Shown: piece by piece, positions 22,787-31,658 of the stretch | How positions within the stretch are numbered: position 1 is the stretch's first letter | Layout: each line of letters opens with the position of its first letter | Source of the DNA: Escherichia coli | Lineage (GTDB): Bacteria; Pseudomonadota; Gammaproteobacteria; Enterobacterales; Enterobacteriaceae | Direction: 5' to 3' (one strand) | NCBI RefSeq assembly: GCF_022846255.1 | Contig: NZ_AP025682.1 | Length of the DNA stretch: 64,000 nucleotides | The notes under the pieces: generated by a model | What the model was told of the DNA's origin: nothing | Seen by the model: the letters and a program-made list of their open reading frames with translations, nothing else | Database searches by the model: none | Position numbers and translations under genes: made by a program

Positions 22787-23500
22787 GTGAATCAACGTAA
22801 TATGTCAATAATTAATTCCACGCCAGTGCGTGTTATTGCCATTGTAGGATGTGATGGTTCAGGTAAATCGACCCTCACGGCAAGCCTGGTAAATGAACTG
22901 GCAGCAACAATGCCAACAGAACACATTTATCTCGGGCAATCGTCCGGGCGAATTGGCGAATGGATTTCACAGCTCCCTGTTATTGGCGCACCTTTTGGGC
23001 GTTATCTGCGAAGTAAAGCGGCACATGTGCACGAAAAGCCCTCCACACCACCTGGCAATATTACTGCGCTGGTTATCTATCTGCTTTCCTGCTGGCGGGC
23101 GTACAAGTTTCGCAAAATGTTGTGTAAAAGCCAGCAAGGCTATCTGCTCATCACCGACCGCTACCCGCAGGTTGAAGTGCCGGGTTTTCGCTTTGATGGC
23201 CCGCAATTGGCAAAAACCACGGGCGGTAACGGTTGGATAAAAATGTTAAGGCAGCGCGAGCTGAAGCTGTACCAATGGATGGAGTCTTATTTGCCCGTAT
23301 TGTTGATTCGTCTTGGCATTGATGAACAAACCGCGTTTGCGCGTAAACCTGACCACCAACTGGCGGCGTTACAGGAAAAAATCGCCGTTACGCCGCAACT
23401 GACATTTAATGGCGCAAAGATCCTTGAACTGGATGGTCGGCAACCCGCCGATGAAATTCTGCAAGCGTCACTACGCGCAATTCACGCCGCGCTTTCCTGA
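22787..23500 (+). CDS. yghS: P-loop NTPase of unknown function, 237 aa
   Basis: GTG start; Walker A GCDGSGKST; TDRYPQ and ARKPDH motifs. Confidence 0.85.
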   Translation: MNQRNMSIINSTPVRVIAIVGCDGSGKSTLTASLVNELAATMPTEHIYLGQSSGRIGEWISQLPVIGAPFGRYLRSKAAHVHEKPSTPPGNITALVIYLLSCWRAYKFRKMLCKSQQGYLLITDRYPQVEVPGFRFDGPQLAKTTGGNGWIKMLRQRELKLYQWMESYLPVLLIRLGIDEQTAFARKPDHQLAALQEKIAVTPQLTFNGAKILELDGRQPADEILQASLRAIHAALS

Positions 23501-23531
23501 TCACCAAAATGGATAGGGGATGATTTAACGA

Positions 23532-24290
23532 ATGGACGCACTACAAACACAAACTGTTAATAGTACAACCGCGCCGCAGCCCAACTACATTCCGGGGCTG
23601 ATTGCGGTGGTCGGGTGTGATGGCACCGGTAAATCCACACTGACCACCGACCTGGTGAAATCGCTGCAACAACACTGGCAAACCGAGCGGCGCTATCTGG
23701 GGCTGCTCTCGGGCGAAGACGGCGACAAAATCAAACGATTGCCGTTGGTTGGCGTCTGGCTCGAACGGCGACTGGCGGCCAAATCCTCGAAAACCCAAAG
23801 CATGAAAACCAAATCTCCAGCGCTATGGGCGGCGGTGATTATGTACTGCTTCTCGCTGCGAAGAATGGCGAATCTACGCAAGGTTCAGCGACTGGCGCAA
23901 AGTGGCGTTCTGGTGGTCAGCGATCGCTTCCCGCAGGCTGAAATTTCGGGCTTTTATTATGACGGACCGGGGATCGGCGTCGAACGTGCGACCGGGAAAA
24001 TCAGCATGTTTCTGGCGCAGCGCGAACGGCGTTTATACCAACAAATGGCGCAACACCGTCCTGAATTAATCATTCGTTTGGGGATTGATATTGATACTGC
24101 CATCTCCCGCAAGCCTGACCATGACTATGCCGAGCTGCAGGACAAAATCGGCGTCATGTCGACGATTGGCTATAACGGCACAAAAATTCTTGAGATTGAT
24201 TCCAGAGCGCCCTACAGCGAAGTGCTGGAACAGGCACAGAAGGCGGTTTCTCTGGTTGCCATCGTTTCTGACCGCCGAAGTTTAACTTAA
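23532..24290 (+). CDS. yghR: P-loop NTPase of unknown function, 252 aa
   Basis: Walker A GCDGTGKST; SDRFPQ and SRKPDH motifs. Confidence 0.85.
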   Translation: MDALQTQTVNSTTAPQPNYIPGLIAVVGCDGTGKSTLTTDLVKSLQQHWQTERRYLGLLSGEDGDKIKRLPLVGVWLERRLAAKSSKTQSMKTKSPALWAAVIMYCFSLRRMANLRKVQRLAQSGVLVVSDRFPQAEISGFYYDGPGIGVERATGKISMFLAQRERRLYQQMAQHRPELIIRLGIDIDTAISRKPDHDYAELQDKIGVMSTIGYNGTKILEIDSRAPYSEVLEQAQKAVSLVAIVSDRRSLT

Positions 24291-24335
24291 GGCTGGCGGG
24301 ATACTTTTTACTATCAACGATAAGGTCAGGCTGAA

Positions 24336-25685
24336 TTGGCGGGTTTTAACATCAAACATTGGTTTGCAGATGGCGCGTTTCGCACCATTATTCGCAATAG
24401 CGCCTGGTTAGGCTCCAGTAATGTCGTGAGCGCTTTGCTGGGTCTGTTGGCGCTCTCGTGTGCCGGTAAAGGGATGACGCCCGCCATGTTTGGCGTACTG
24501 GTGATTGTACAATCGTACGCCAAGTCGATCAGCGATTTTATTAAGTTTCAGACATGGCAGCTGGTGGTTCAGTACGGAACACCAGCATTAACCAACAATA
24601 ATCCGCAGCAATTTCGCAATGTCGTCTCATTTTCCTTCTCGCTGGATATCGTCAGCGGCGCGGTGGCGATTGTCGGCGGCATTGCCTTACTCCCTTTTCT
24701 TTCCCATTCATTAGGTCTGGATGACCAAAGCTTTTGGCTGGCAGCGCTGTATTGCACGCTCATTCCTTCAATGGCTTCCTCCACGCCGACCGGCATTCTG
24801 CGTGCGGTAGATCGCTTCGATCTAATTGCTGTACAGCAAGCGACGAAACCTTTTCTGCGCGCAGCGGGGAGCGTCGTTGCCTGGTATTTTGACTTTGGTT
24901 TTGCGGGTTTTGTTATTGCCTGGTACGCCTCGAATCTTGTTGGCGGCACCATGTACTGGTGGTTTGCCGCACGTGAATTACGCCGCAGAAATATCCATAA
25001 CGCGTTCAAATTGAATCTGTTTGAGTCTGCCCGACACATCAAAGGCGCGTGGAGTTTTGTCTGGTCAACCAACATTGCCCATTCCATCTGGTCGGCGCGT
25101 AATTCGTGCAGCACAGTGTTGGTGGGGATCGTGTTAGGACCCGCTGCCGCCGGGTTATTTAAAATCGCCATGACATTCTTCGACGCCGCCGGAACGCCAG
25201 CGGGTTTACTGGGCAAAAGTTTTTACCCAGAGGTGATGCGTTTAGATCCGCGTACCACCAGACCGTGGTTGTTAGGCGTGAAGTCAGGTTTACTGGCGGG
25301 CGGAATCGGTATTCTGGTGGCGCTCGCGGTGTTGATTGTCGGCAAGCCGCTCATTTCGCTGGTGTTTGGCGTTAAGTATCTCGAAGCGTATGACCTGATT
25401 CAGGTGATGCTGGGCGCAATTGTGATCTCGATGCTGGGCTTCCCTCAGGAGTCATTGCTATTGATGGCGGGAAAACAGCGCGCTTTTCTCGTGGCGCAAA
25501 CCATCGCCTCAATCGGCTACATCGTATTGCTGTTCATGTTCTGTCATCTGTTTGGCGTGCTGGGAGCAGCGTTTGCTTATTTCGGCGGTCAATGTCTGGA
25601 TGTGGTGCTTTCGCTAATTCCGACCTTAAAGGCATTTTTTCAGCGCCATTCCTTGCTTTATAACGCAGCCGGAGAGAAATCCTGA
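24336..25685 (+). CDS. yghQ: Polytopic membrane protein, putative MOP-superfamily lipid/polysaccharide flippase; start uncertain (TTG 24336 or ATG 24474/24486)
   Basis: Long hydrophobic ORF with about 10-12 predicted TM segments; stop overlaps next gene start (ATGA). Confidence 0.7.
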   Translation: MAGFNIKHWFADGAFRTIIRNSAWLGSSNVVSALLGLLALSCAGKGMTPAMFGVLVIVQSYAKSISDFIKFQTWQLVVQYGTPALTNNNPQQFRNVVSFSFSLDIVSGAVAIVGGIALLPFLSHSLGLDDQSFWLAALYCTLIPSMASSTPTGILRAVDRFDLIAVQQATKPFLRAAGSVVAWYFDFGFAGFVIAWYASNLVGGTMYWWFAARELRRRNIHNAFKLNLFESARHIKGAWSFVWSTNIAHSIWSARNSCSTVLVGIVLGPAAAGLFKIAMTFFDAAGTPAGLLGKSFYPEVMRLDPRTTRPWLLGVKSGLLAGGIGILVALAVLIVGKPLISLVFGVKYLEAYDLIQVMLGAIVISMLGFPQESLLLMAGKQRAFLVAQTIASIGYIVLLFMFCHLFGVLGAAFAYFGGQCLDVVLSLIPTLKAFFQRHSLLYNAAGEKS

Positions 25686-26521
25686 TGATGAGAAAATATT
25701 TCCCGCTAGAGGCGAGCGAGCGTCTATTTGTTGCGATTGAAGAAGATGATGTCGTTGATGCACAGGTCAGTTTGCCGCCGACTATCGCACTAAGTTGTAC
25801 CACCGAAATCATCCATGATAATTACGCGTTATGCCTGCAATTCTGGCTCAATGGCGTCAATCGCCAGGAGTTACTGCGTTTAATATGCAAACAGGCCAAA
25901 GGCGATGAGCTGACTGCTGATGAGCGCAAACAATTTAAATACATGCGAGCGCGCTACAAGCACCTGCGTTTTGCGCAACGGCTGTATTTAAAGAAGCATC
26001 AGGCCGGATTTTTATTCGGCAAAACGACCGTTTTTTTGGGGCGTTTTCAGGATGGCTTTCGTAACGGTAAGAAAAATATTGTGTCGTTTTACAGTAACCT
26101 GTTACGTGTTTATTTGAGCTCCCCTGTCTGGTGGCTGGTGAACTATTCATTGCGCCATAGCCAGTTAGAAACCGTGAACGGTTTTATCGCCTACCGCCAG
26201 AAGCAAATGTACATCCTGAAAGAGATTATTGCTAAACCGCAACTAACTGGCAGGGAATTTCATGATGTGCGAAAAATCATCAGCCAGCAGGTTTCTTATT
26301 ACGACACCTTAAGATCGCTTGATCCTGAAAATAAAGAGGCGTTACTGATTTCCCGTTTTCTCGCCGCCATTAATGGTCTGATGGGGGATAAGCACGACGA
26401 CATGGTGGCGGATGATATGGAGAACCGCCGGTCATATGATGCACCGGTGGCGCTGGATAGCGATATTCGCCAGCGTTTAGAACTGCTTATTTCGCGTTTC
26501 CCACTCTATCCGGAGCAATAA
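25685..26521 (+). CDS. Hypothetical cytoplasmic protein, 278 aa, no family recognised
   Basis: ORF with GGAGAGA RBS 8 nt upstream; translationally coupled to yghQ and the next ORF. Confidence 0.65.
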   Translation: MMRKYFPLEASERLFVAIEEDDVVDAQVSLPPTIALSCTTEIIHDNYALCLQFWLNGVNRQELLRLICKQAKGDELTADERKQFKYMRARYKHLRFAQRLYLKKHQAGFLFGKTTVFLGRFQDGFRNGKKNIVSFYSNLLRVYLSSPVWWLVNYSLRHSQLETVNGFIAYRQKQMYILKEIIAKPQLTGREFHDVRKIISQQVSYYDTLRSLDPENKEALLISRFLAAINGLMGDKHDDMVADDMENRRSYDAPVALDSDIRQRLELLISRFPLYPEQ

Positions 26522-27081
26522 TGCCATCTCGTTGGATTTTCGCTCTGATCATCGCACTCTTAGCGCCAGGCGCGGCGGCACACAATTTCGTCACTGGCAA
26601 AACGGTTACCCCTGTTTATATCCAGGAAGGCGGCGAGCTGCTTCTGAATAGCGACGACGAAATTCACTACCAAAAGTGGAACAGCACACAATTGACGGGA
26701 AAAGTTCGCATTATTCAGTACATCGCCGGGCGTAAGTCGGCGAAGAAAAAGAACTCACTGTTAATTAAAGCGGTTGAAGCGGCAAACTTTCCGCAGGATC
26801 GTTTTCAGCCCACCACCATTGTGAACACTGATGATGCCATCTTTGGTACCGGCTATTTTGTCGTTGGCAAAATCGAAAAAAATAAACGCCGCTATCCGTG
26901 GGCGCAATTCGTTATTGACGGCAATGGACAGGGACGCGTTGCCTGGCACTTGCAGGAGCAGAGTTCAACCATTCTGGTGCTGAATAAAACCGGGCAAATT
27001 CAGTGGGCAAAGGACGGCAGCCTGACGCCGGAAGAGGTAGATCATGTCATTGCGCTGGCGCAGAAGCTGATCAATGAATAA
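26521..27081 (+). CDS. Hypothetical exported protein with N-terminal signal peptide, 186 aa
   Basis: N-terminus MPSRWIFALIIALLAPGAAAHNF resembles a Sec signal; ATG overlaps preceding stop (TAATG). Confidence 0.65.
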   Translation: MPSRWIFALIIALLAPGAAAHNFVTGKTVTPVYIQEGGELLLNSDDEIHYQKWNSTQLTGKVRIIQYIAGRKSAKKKNSLLIKAVEAANFPQDRFQPTTIVNTDDAIFGTGYFVVGKIEKNKRRYPWAQFVIDGNGQGRVAWHLQEQSSTILVLNKTGQIQWAKDGSLTPEEVDHVIALAQKLINE

Positions 27082-27110
27082 AAATTCAAAGGATTGAGGG
27101 CGTTAGTGAG

Positions 27111-28181
27111 ATGAAGCTGGTTGAACACTACATCATGCGTGGTACGCGCCGTCTGGTGCTGATTATCGTCGGTTTTCTGATCTTTATTTTCGCCAGCTAC
27201 TCCGCACAGCGTTATCTGACCGAAGCGGCAAATGGGACATTAGCTCTTGATGTTGTGCTGGATATCGTTTTCTACAAAGTGCTGATTGCACTGGAGATGT
27301 TGTTACCTGTTGGACTGTATGTGTCAGTTGGCGTGACGCTAGGGCAGATGTATACCGACTCGGAAATTACCGCTATCTCTGCGGCGGGGGGCAGTCCGGG
27401 ACGCTTGTACAAAGCCGTTCTTTATCTGGCGATACCGCTAAGTATTTTTGTCACCCTTCTGTCGATGTATGGTCGTCCGTGGGCTTATGCGCAGATTTAT
27501 CAACTGGAGCAACAGTCACAGTCGGAGCTGGATGTTCGCCAGTTGCGGGCAAAGAAATTTAACACTAACGATAACGGACGAATGATCCTTTCGCAGACGG
27601 TTGATCAGGATAATAATCGCCTGACTGACGCGCTGATTTATACTTCTACTGCTAATCGAACCCGCATTTTCCGCGCCCGTTCGGTTGATGTGGTTGACCC
27701 ATCACCTGAGAAACCGACCGTTATGTTGCATAACGGGACCGCCTATCTTCTCGATCATCAGGGGCGTGACGACAACGAACAGATCTACCGTAATCTGCAA
27801 TTACATCTGAATCCGCTGGATCAAAGCCCTAACGTCAAACGCAAAGCAAAATCGGTCACGGAGCTGGCGCGCTCCGCCTTTCCTGCCGATCATGCCGAAC
27901 TGCAATGGCGACAAAGCCGTGGCCTGACAGCATTGTTGATGGCGCTGCTGGCCATTTCATTAAGTCGGGTAAAACCGCGGCAAGGGCGATTTTCAACGTT
28001 ATTGCCACTGACGTTGCTGTTTGTTGCCATTTTTTATGGCGGCGACGTCTGCCGTACGCTGGTGGCTAACGGCGCGATTCCCCTCATTCCTGGTTTGTGG
28101 TTAGTACCCGGACTCATGCTAATGGGCCTGCTGATGTTGGTCGCACGCGACTTCTCTTTGCTGCAGAAATTTTCCCGATGA
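27111..28181 (+). CDS. LptF/LptG-family (YjgP/YjgQ) permease-like membrane protein, 356 aa
   Basis: 3 TM + about 150-aa hydrophilic domain + 3 TM topology read from translation; N-terminus resembles LptF. Confidence 0.7.
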   Translation: MKLVEHYIMRGTRRLVLIIVGFLIFIFASYSAQRYLTEAANGTLALDVVLDIVFYKVLIALEMLLPVGLYVSVGVTLGQMYTDSEITAISAAGGSPGRLYKAVLYLAIPLSIFVTLLSMYGRPWAYAQIYQLEQQSQSELDVRQLRAKKFNTNDNGRMILSQTVDQDNNRLTDALIYTSTANRTRIFRARSVDVVDPSPEKPTVMLHNGTAYLLDHQGRDDNEQIYRNLQLHLNPLDQSPNVKRKAKSVTELARSAFPADHAELQWRQSRGLTALLMALLAISLSRVKPRQGRFSTLLPLTLLFVAIFYGGDVCRTLVANGAIPLIPGLWLVPGLMLMGLLMLVARDFSLLQKFSR

Positions 28182-29257
28182 ATGTTTTCAGTCGCTATTT
28201 AATCCGTCATCTCTTTCTCGGTTTTGCCGCCGCCGCAGGGCTATTGCTGCCGCTTTTTACCACCTTCAACCTGATTAACGAACTGGATGATGTCAGCCCG
28301 GGTGGTTATCGCTGGACTCAGGCGGTGCTGGTGGTGCTGATGACCTTACCGCGCACACTGGTCGAACTTTCGCCGTTTATCGCCTTATTGGGAGGGATTG
28401 TCGGCCTGGGGCAGTTATCGAAAAACAGTGAGCTTACCGCCATTCGCAGCACGGGGTTTTCTATCTTCCGTATTGCACTGGTGGCGCTGGTTGCCGGGAT
28501 ATTGTGGACTGTTTCATTAGGCGCGATAGATGAGTGGGTGGCGTCGCCATTGCAGCAACAGGCGCTGCAAATCAAATCGACTGCCACCGCGTTGGGGGAG
28601 GACAATGACATTATCGGCAATATGCTTTGGGCCAGGCGCGGTAATGAATTTGTGACGGTGAAATCGCTGAACGAGCAGGGCCAGCCGGTGGGCGTGGAGA
28701 TTTTTCATTACCGCGACGATCTCTCGCTCGAATCCTACATTTATGCGCGCAGTGCCACCATTGAAGACGATAAAACGTGGATCCTGCATGGTGTGAATTA
28801 TAAAAAATGGTTGAATGGCAAAGAAACGCTGGAAACATTAGATAATCTTGCCTGGCAATCGGCCTTCACCAGTATGAATCTTGAAGAGTTATCGATGCCG
28901 GGGAATACTTTTTCTGTCCGTCAGCTTAATCATTACATCCATTATTTGCAGGATACCGGGCAACCCAGCAGCGAATACCACCTTGCACTGTGGGAAAAAC
29001 TGGGGCAACCGATCTTGACTCTGGCGATGATTTTGCTGGCTGTGCCGTTTACCTTTAGTGTCCCGCGCTCGCCAGGGATGGGTAGCCGTCTCGCTGTAGG
29101 CGTCATCGTTGGTTTACTCACCTGGATCAGCTATCAAATCATGGTCAATCTGGGATTGCTATTTGCGTTGAGCGCACCTGTTACCGCGCTCGGTTTACCG
29201 GTAGCGTTTGTGCTGGTGGCGTTGAGCCTGGTGTATTGGTATGACAGACAACATTAA
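28178..29257 (+). CDS. LptF/LptG-family (YjgP/YjgQ) permease-like membrane protein, 359 aa
   Basis: ORF-track 386 aa trimmed to MNVFSRYLIRHLF; ATG overlaps upstream stop (ATGA); same 3+3 TM topology. Confidence 0.7.
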   Translation: MNVFSRYLIRHLFLGFAAAAGLLLPLFTTFNLINELDDVSPGGYRWTQAVLVVLMTLPRTLVELSPFIALLGGIVGLGQLSKNSELTAIRSTGFSIFRIALVALVAGILWTVSLGAIDEWVASPLQQQALQIKSTATALGEDNDIIGNMLWARRGNEFVTVKSLNEQGQPVGVEIFHYRDDLSLESYIYARSATIEDDKTWILHGVNYKKWLNGKETLETLDNLAWQSAFTSMNLEELSMPGNTFSVRQLNHYIHYLQDTGQPSSEYHLALWEKLGQPILTLAMILLAVPFTFSVPRSPGMGSRLAVGVIVGLLTWISYQIMVNLGLLFALSAPVTALGLPVAFVLVALSLVYWYDRQH

Positions 29258-29288
29258 ACCCGCCGTGGCGCAACACCACGGCGGGTTC
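29257..29288. terminator. Bidirectional terminator hairpin between convergent permease and lipid operons
   Basis: 12-bp perfect stem aacccgccgtgg / ccacggcgggtt with 8-nt loop. Confidence 0.55.
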
Positions 29289-29291
29289 ACA

Positions 29292-30464
29292 TTACTGCTT
29301 CTGAGTAGCAAATGCCTGAATGATGGCATCGATTTGCTCACGACTGTGGGCAGCGTTTACGCTACAGCGCAGCAGCGTGATGCCAGCAGGCGCGGCAGGT
29401 GGCAGGATAAGATTCACATAAACGCCCAGCGAAATAAGCTCGCGCCAGATGCGTAAACCTTCCTCTTTCGAACCGATTATTACTGGCACTACCGGGCTAA
29501 TATGTGAACTTAACTCGTAACCCAGTTTTTGCAGACCGTCATACAGATGGTTGGCGTTATCCATCAGCTTTTGCCGCAGCTCTGGTTGTGAGGCAATGGT
29601 TCTTAACGACGAGCGCACGGTCGCAATGCAGGACGGAGAAGGAGAGGCGGTAAAAATATACGGGCGGCTGCCGTAGCGCAGCACTTCCATCGCTTCCGAA
29701 CCGACAGCAAAACCGCCAATCGAGGCCAGACTTTTACTGAAGGTGCCGACGATAATATCCACGTCGTCTTCAACGCCAACGGCTTCAACCAGTCCGCGCC
29801 CCGTAGCGCCTAACACGCCAAACGAATGTGCTTCATCGACAATCAAATAACCACCGAGACGACGTTTGATATCAACAATTTCTGCCAGCGGCGCAACGTC
29901 ACCGAGCATACTGTAGATGCCTTCAACGATAATAATCGCCTCTTTCGCCCGTTCACCGAGGCGGACCATGCGCCGTTCCAGATCGTTGACGTCATTATGG
30001 CGGAAACGAATAATCTCCGCGCCGCCGAGAGAACAGGCGTCATAAATACTGGCGTGGCTGTCGGCATCCAGTAACACCACGGCGTTATGGTCGGCAAGTG
30101 CGCTGATGACACCTAAATTAGCGGTATAACCGGTTGAAAAAACGATAGCGGTAGGGCGATTGAAAAACTCGGCAATCTCTTTCTCTAACGCCAGATGCGG
30201 CGCATAACTGCCGTTTGCCATACGAGAACCGGTGGTGCCGGTGCCTTGGGCCGCTAACGCTGCCTGACCTTCGCGGATAGCATCATGATTAAAGGTTAAA
30301 CCGAGATAATTATTGGTCCCGGCCAGAATCACTTTTTTATTGCCGATCCGGCCTTCGGTGGCGGAATATACTTCATCAATACAGGTGCCAAATGGTGTTA
30401 ACCCGTTGTCACTAAATTGCAGGCGCTCGCCAGCAAGGCGCGCATATTTATCGTATAGCCCCAT
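29292..30464 (-). CDS. PLP-dependent alpha-oxoamine synthase family acyltransferase (serine palmitoyltransferase / 8-amino-7-oxononanoate synthase-like), 390 aa
   Basis: PLP-lysine motif GTFSKSLAS and DEAHSFG; class-II aminotransferase fold inferred from translation. Confidence 0.8.
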   Translation of the reverse strand: MGLYDKYARLAGERLQFSDNGLTPFGTCIDEVYSATEGRIGNKKVILAGTNNYLGLTFNHDAIREGQAALAAQGTGTTGSRMANGSYAPHLALEKEIAEFFNRPTAIVFSTGYTANLGVISALADHNAVVLLDADSHASIYDACSLGGAEIIRFRHNDVNDLERRMVRLGERAKEAIIIVEGIYSMLGDVAPLAEIVDIKRRLGGYLIVDEAHSFGVLGATGRGLVEAVGVEDDVDIIVGTFSKSLASIGGFAVGSEAMEVLRYGSRPYIFTASPSPSCIATVRSSLRTIASQPELRQKLMDNANHLYDGLQKLGYELSSHISPVVPVIIGSKEEGLRIWRELISLGVYVNLILPPAAPAGITLLRCSVNAAHSREQIDAIIQAFATQKQ

Positions 30465-30712
30465 TATTTATTCTCCAGCCATGGAAGTAGAGTTTCCATT
30501 AATTGCGCAGGGGTTTTGACATCCAGCAGAATATTAATAGGAATGGAAATATCGAATCTGTCTTCCAGCATCATTAAGAGATCCATCACTTTGATCGACT
30601 CCAGGCCAAGATCGTTGACGAGATCGCTGTCGGGCTTAATTTCCACACCGTTTTCGACCAAATCCTGTAAACAGGAAAGGATGTAATCCATTACTATTTC
30701 ACGATTTACCAT
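30464..30712 (-). CDS. Acyl carrier protein, 82 aa
   Basis: Phosphopantetheine-attachment motif DLGLESIKVMDL; small acidic protein; stop overlaps next start. Confidence 0.8.
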   Translation of the reverse strand: MVNREIVMDYILSCLQDLVENGVEIKPDSDLVNDLGLESIKVMDLLMMLEDRFDISIPINILLDVKTPAQLMETLLPWLENK

Positions 30713-30743
30713 AGAAACGTTAACACACCTTTAAACAAGACAA

Positions 30744-31658
30744 TCAAAATAGCCCGTTGCGTAATGCGTGTTCCAGGCTAATCCCGGGAAACCAATTAAT
30801 ATCTTCAGAAATACGGTTATTACTTGCCGACCAGTCGGCATGAGTTAATTCACGGATTTTCGAACGAGTCAGCATCGGTTCTTTACCCGCCAGACGGCTC
30901 AACGCGGTACTGATATCCGCAAGGCAGGTGAGTAGCGGCAGAGGAATACCGACCATCCGCACGGAACCACAGCGGACATCGGCAACAAGCTGTTGGACAC
31001 GTTGCCAGTCATAGCCTCCGGCGACGCCATCGCATAATTCATAGGTTTGCGTCTGTACAGTTTCGGCGCTTAACCACTGACCCACTGCTTGCGCAAAATC
31101 GGTGACGTGAAGAAAAGAGAGCAGTGTCTCTGGCGTGCCAAGTCGTGGCAGCAGACCGCGCAGCATCCAGTCAAACAGCGGTTTTAACTCTTTATCGCCG
31201 GGACCATACACGGCTGTCGGGCGAAAAACGCCCAACGTAATTTCGTCAGCCATTGCAGTCAGCCGTTGTTCGGCGACGTGTTTGGAATTTGCGTACCAGG
31301 AGAGTTCGGGATGGCGCGCCGCCAGCGAAGAGATAAACAGAAAACGTTGGCAAAAGCCGCTCTCTTTTGCCGCTTGCATCAGGCGCAGGCTGCCGTCAAC
31401 GTTGCAGCGGGTAAAAATCTCTTCTTTGTGCCCGCGCACTTGCCCGGCGCAATGGACCACCGCGCTGGCTCCGGCAACCAGTTCGCTAAGCGAATGTGTA
31501 TCTTCCAGCGAACCGCGCACCCAAGTGAGATTATCATTGACGTGAGCGCGGGCAGTACGCGTCAATGCGCGAACGTGAAAGCCGCGGGCGAGCAGGTTAT
31601 CAATAATATATTTACCGATAAACCCGGTAGCGCCCGTCACCGCGACAGTTTGATTCAT
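30744..31658 (-). CDS. NAD(P)-dependent epimerase/dehydratase-family reductase (extended SDR), 304 aa
   Basis: ORF-track 374 aa trimmed to MNQTVAVTGATGFIGKY (Rossmann GxxGxxG); ATG overlaps upstream stop (ATGA). Confidence 0.78.
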   Translation of the reverse strand: MNQTVAVTGATGFIGKYIIDNLLARGFHVRALTRTARAHVNDNLTWVRGSLEDTHSLSELVAGASAVVHCAGQVRGHKEEIFTRCNVDGSLRLMQAAKESGFCQRFLFISSLAARHPELSWYANSKHVAEQRLTAMADEITLGVFRPTAVYGPGDKELKPLFDWMLRGLLPRLGTPETLLSFLHVTDFAQAVGQWLSAETVQTQTYELCDGVAGGYDWQRVQQLVADVRCGSVRMVGIPLPLLTCLADISTALSRLAGKEPMLTRSKIRELTHADWSASNNRISEDINWFPGISLEHALRNGLF

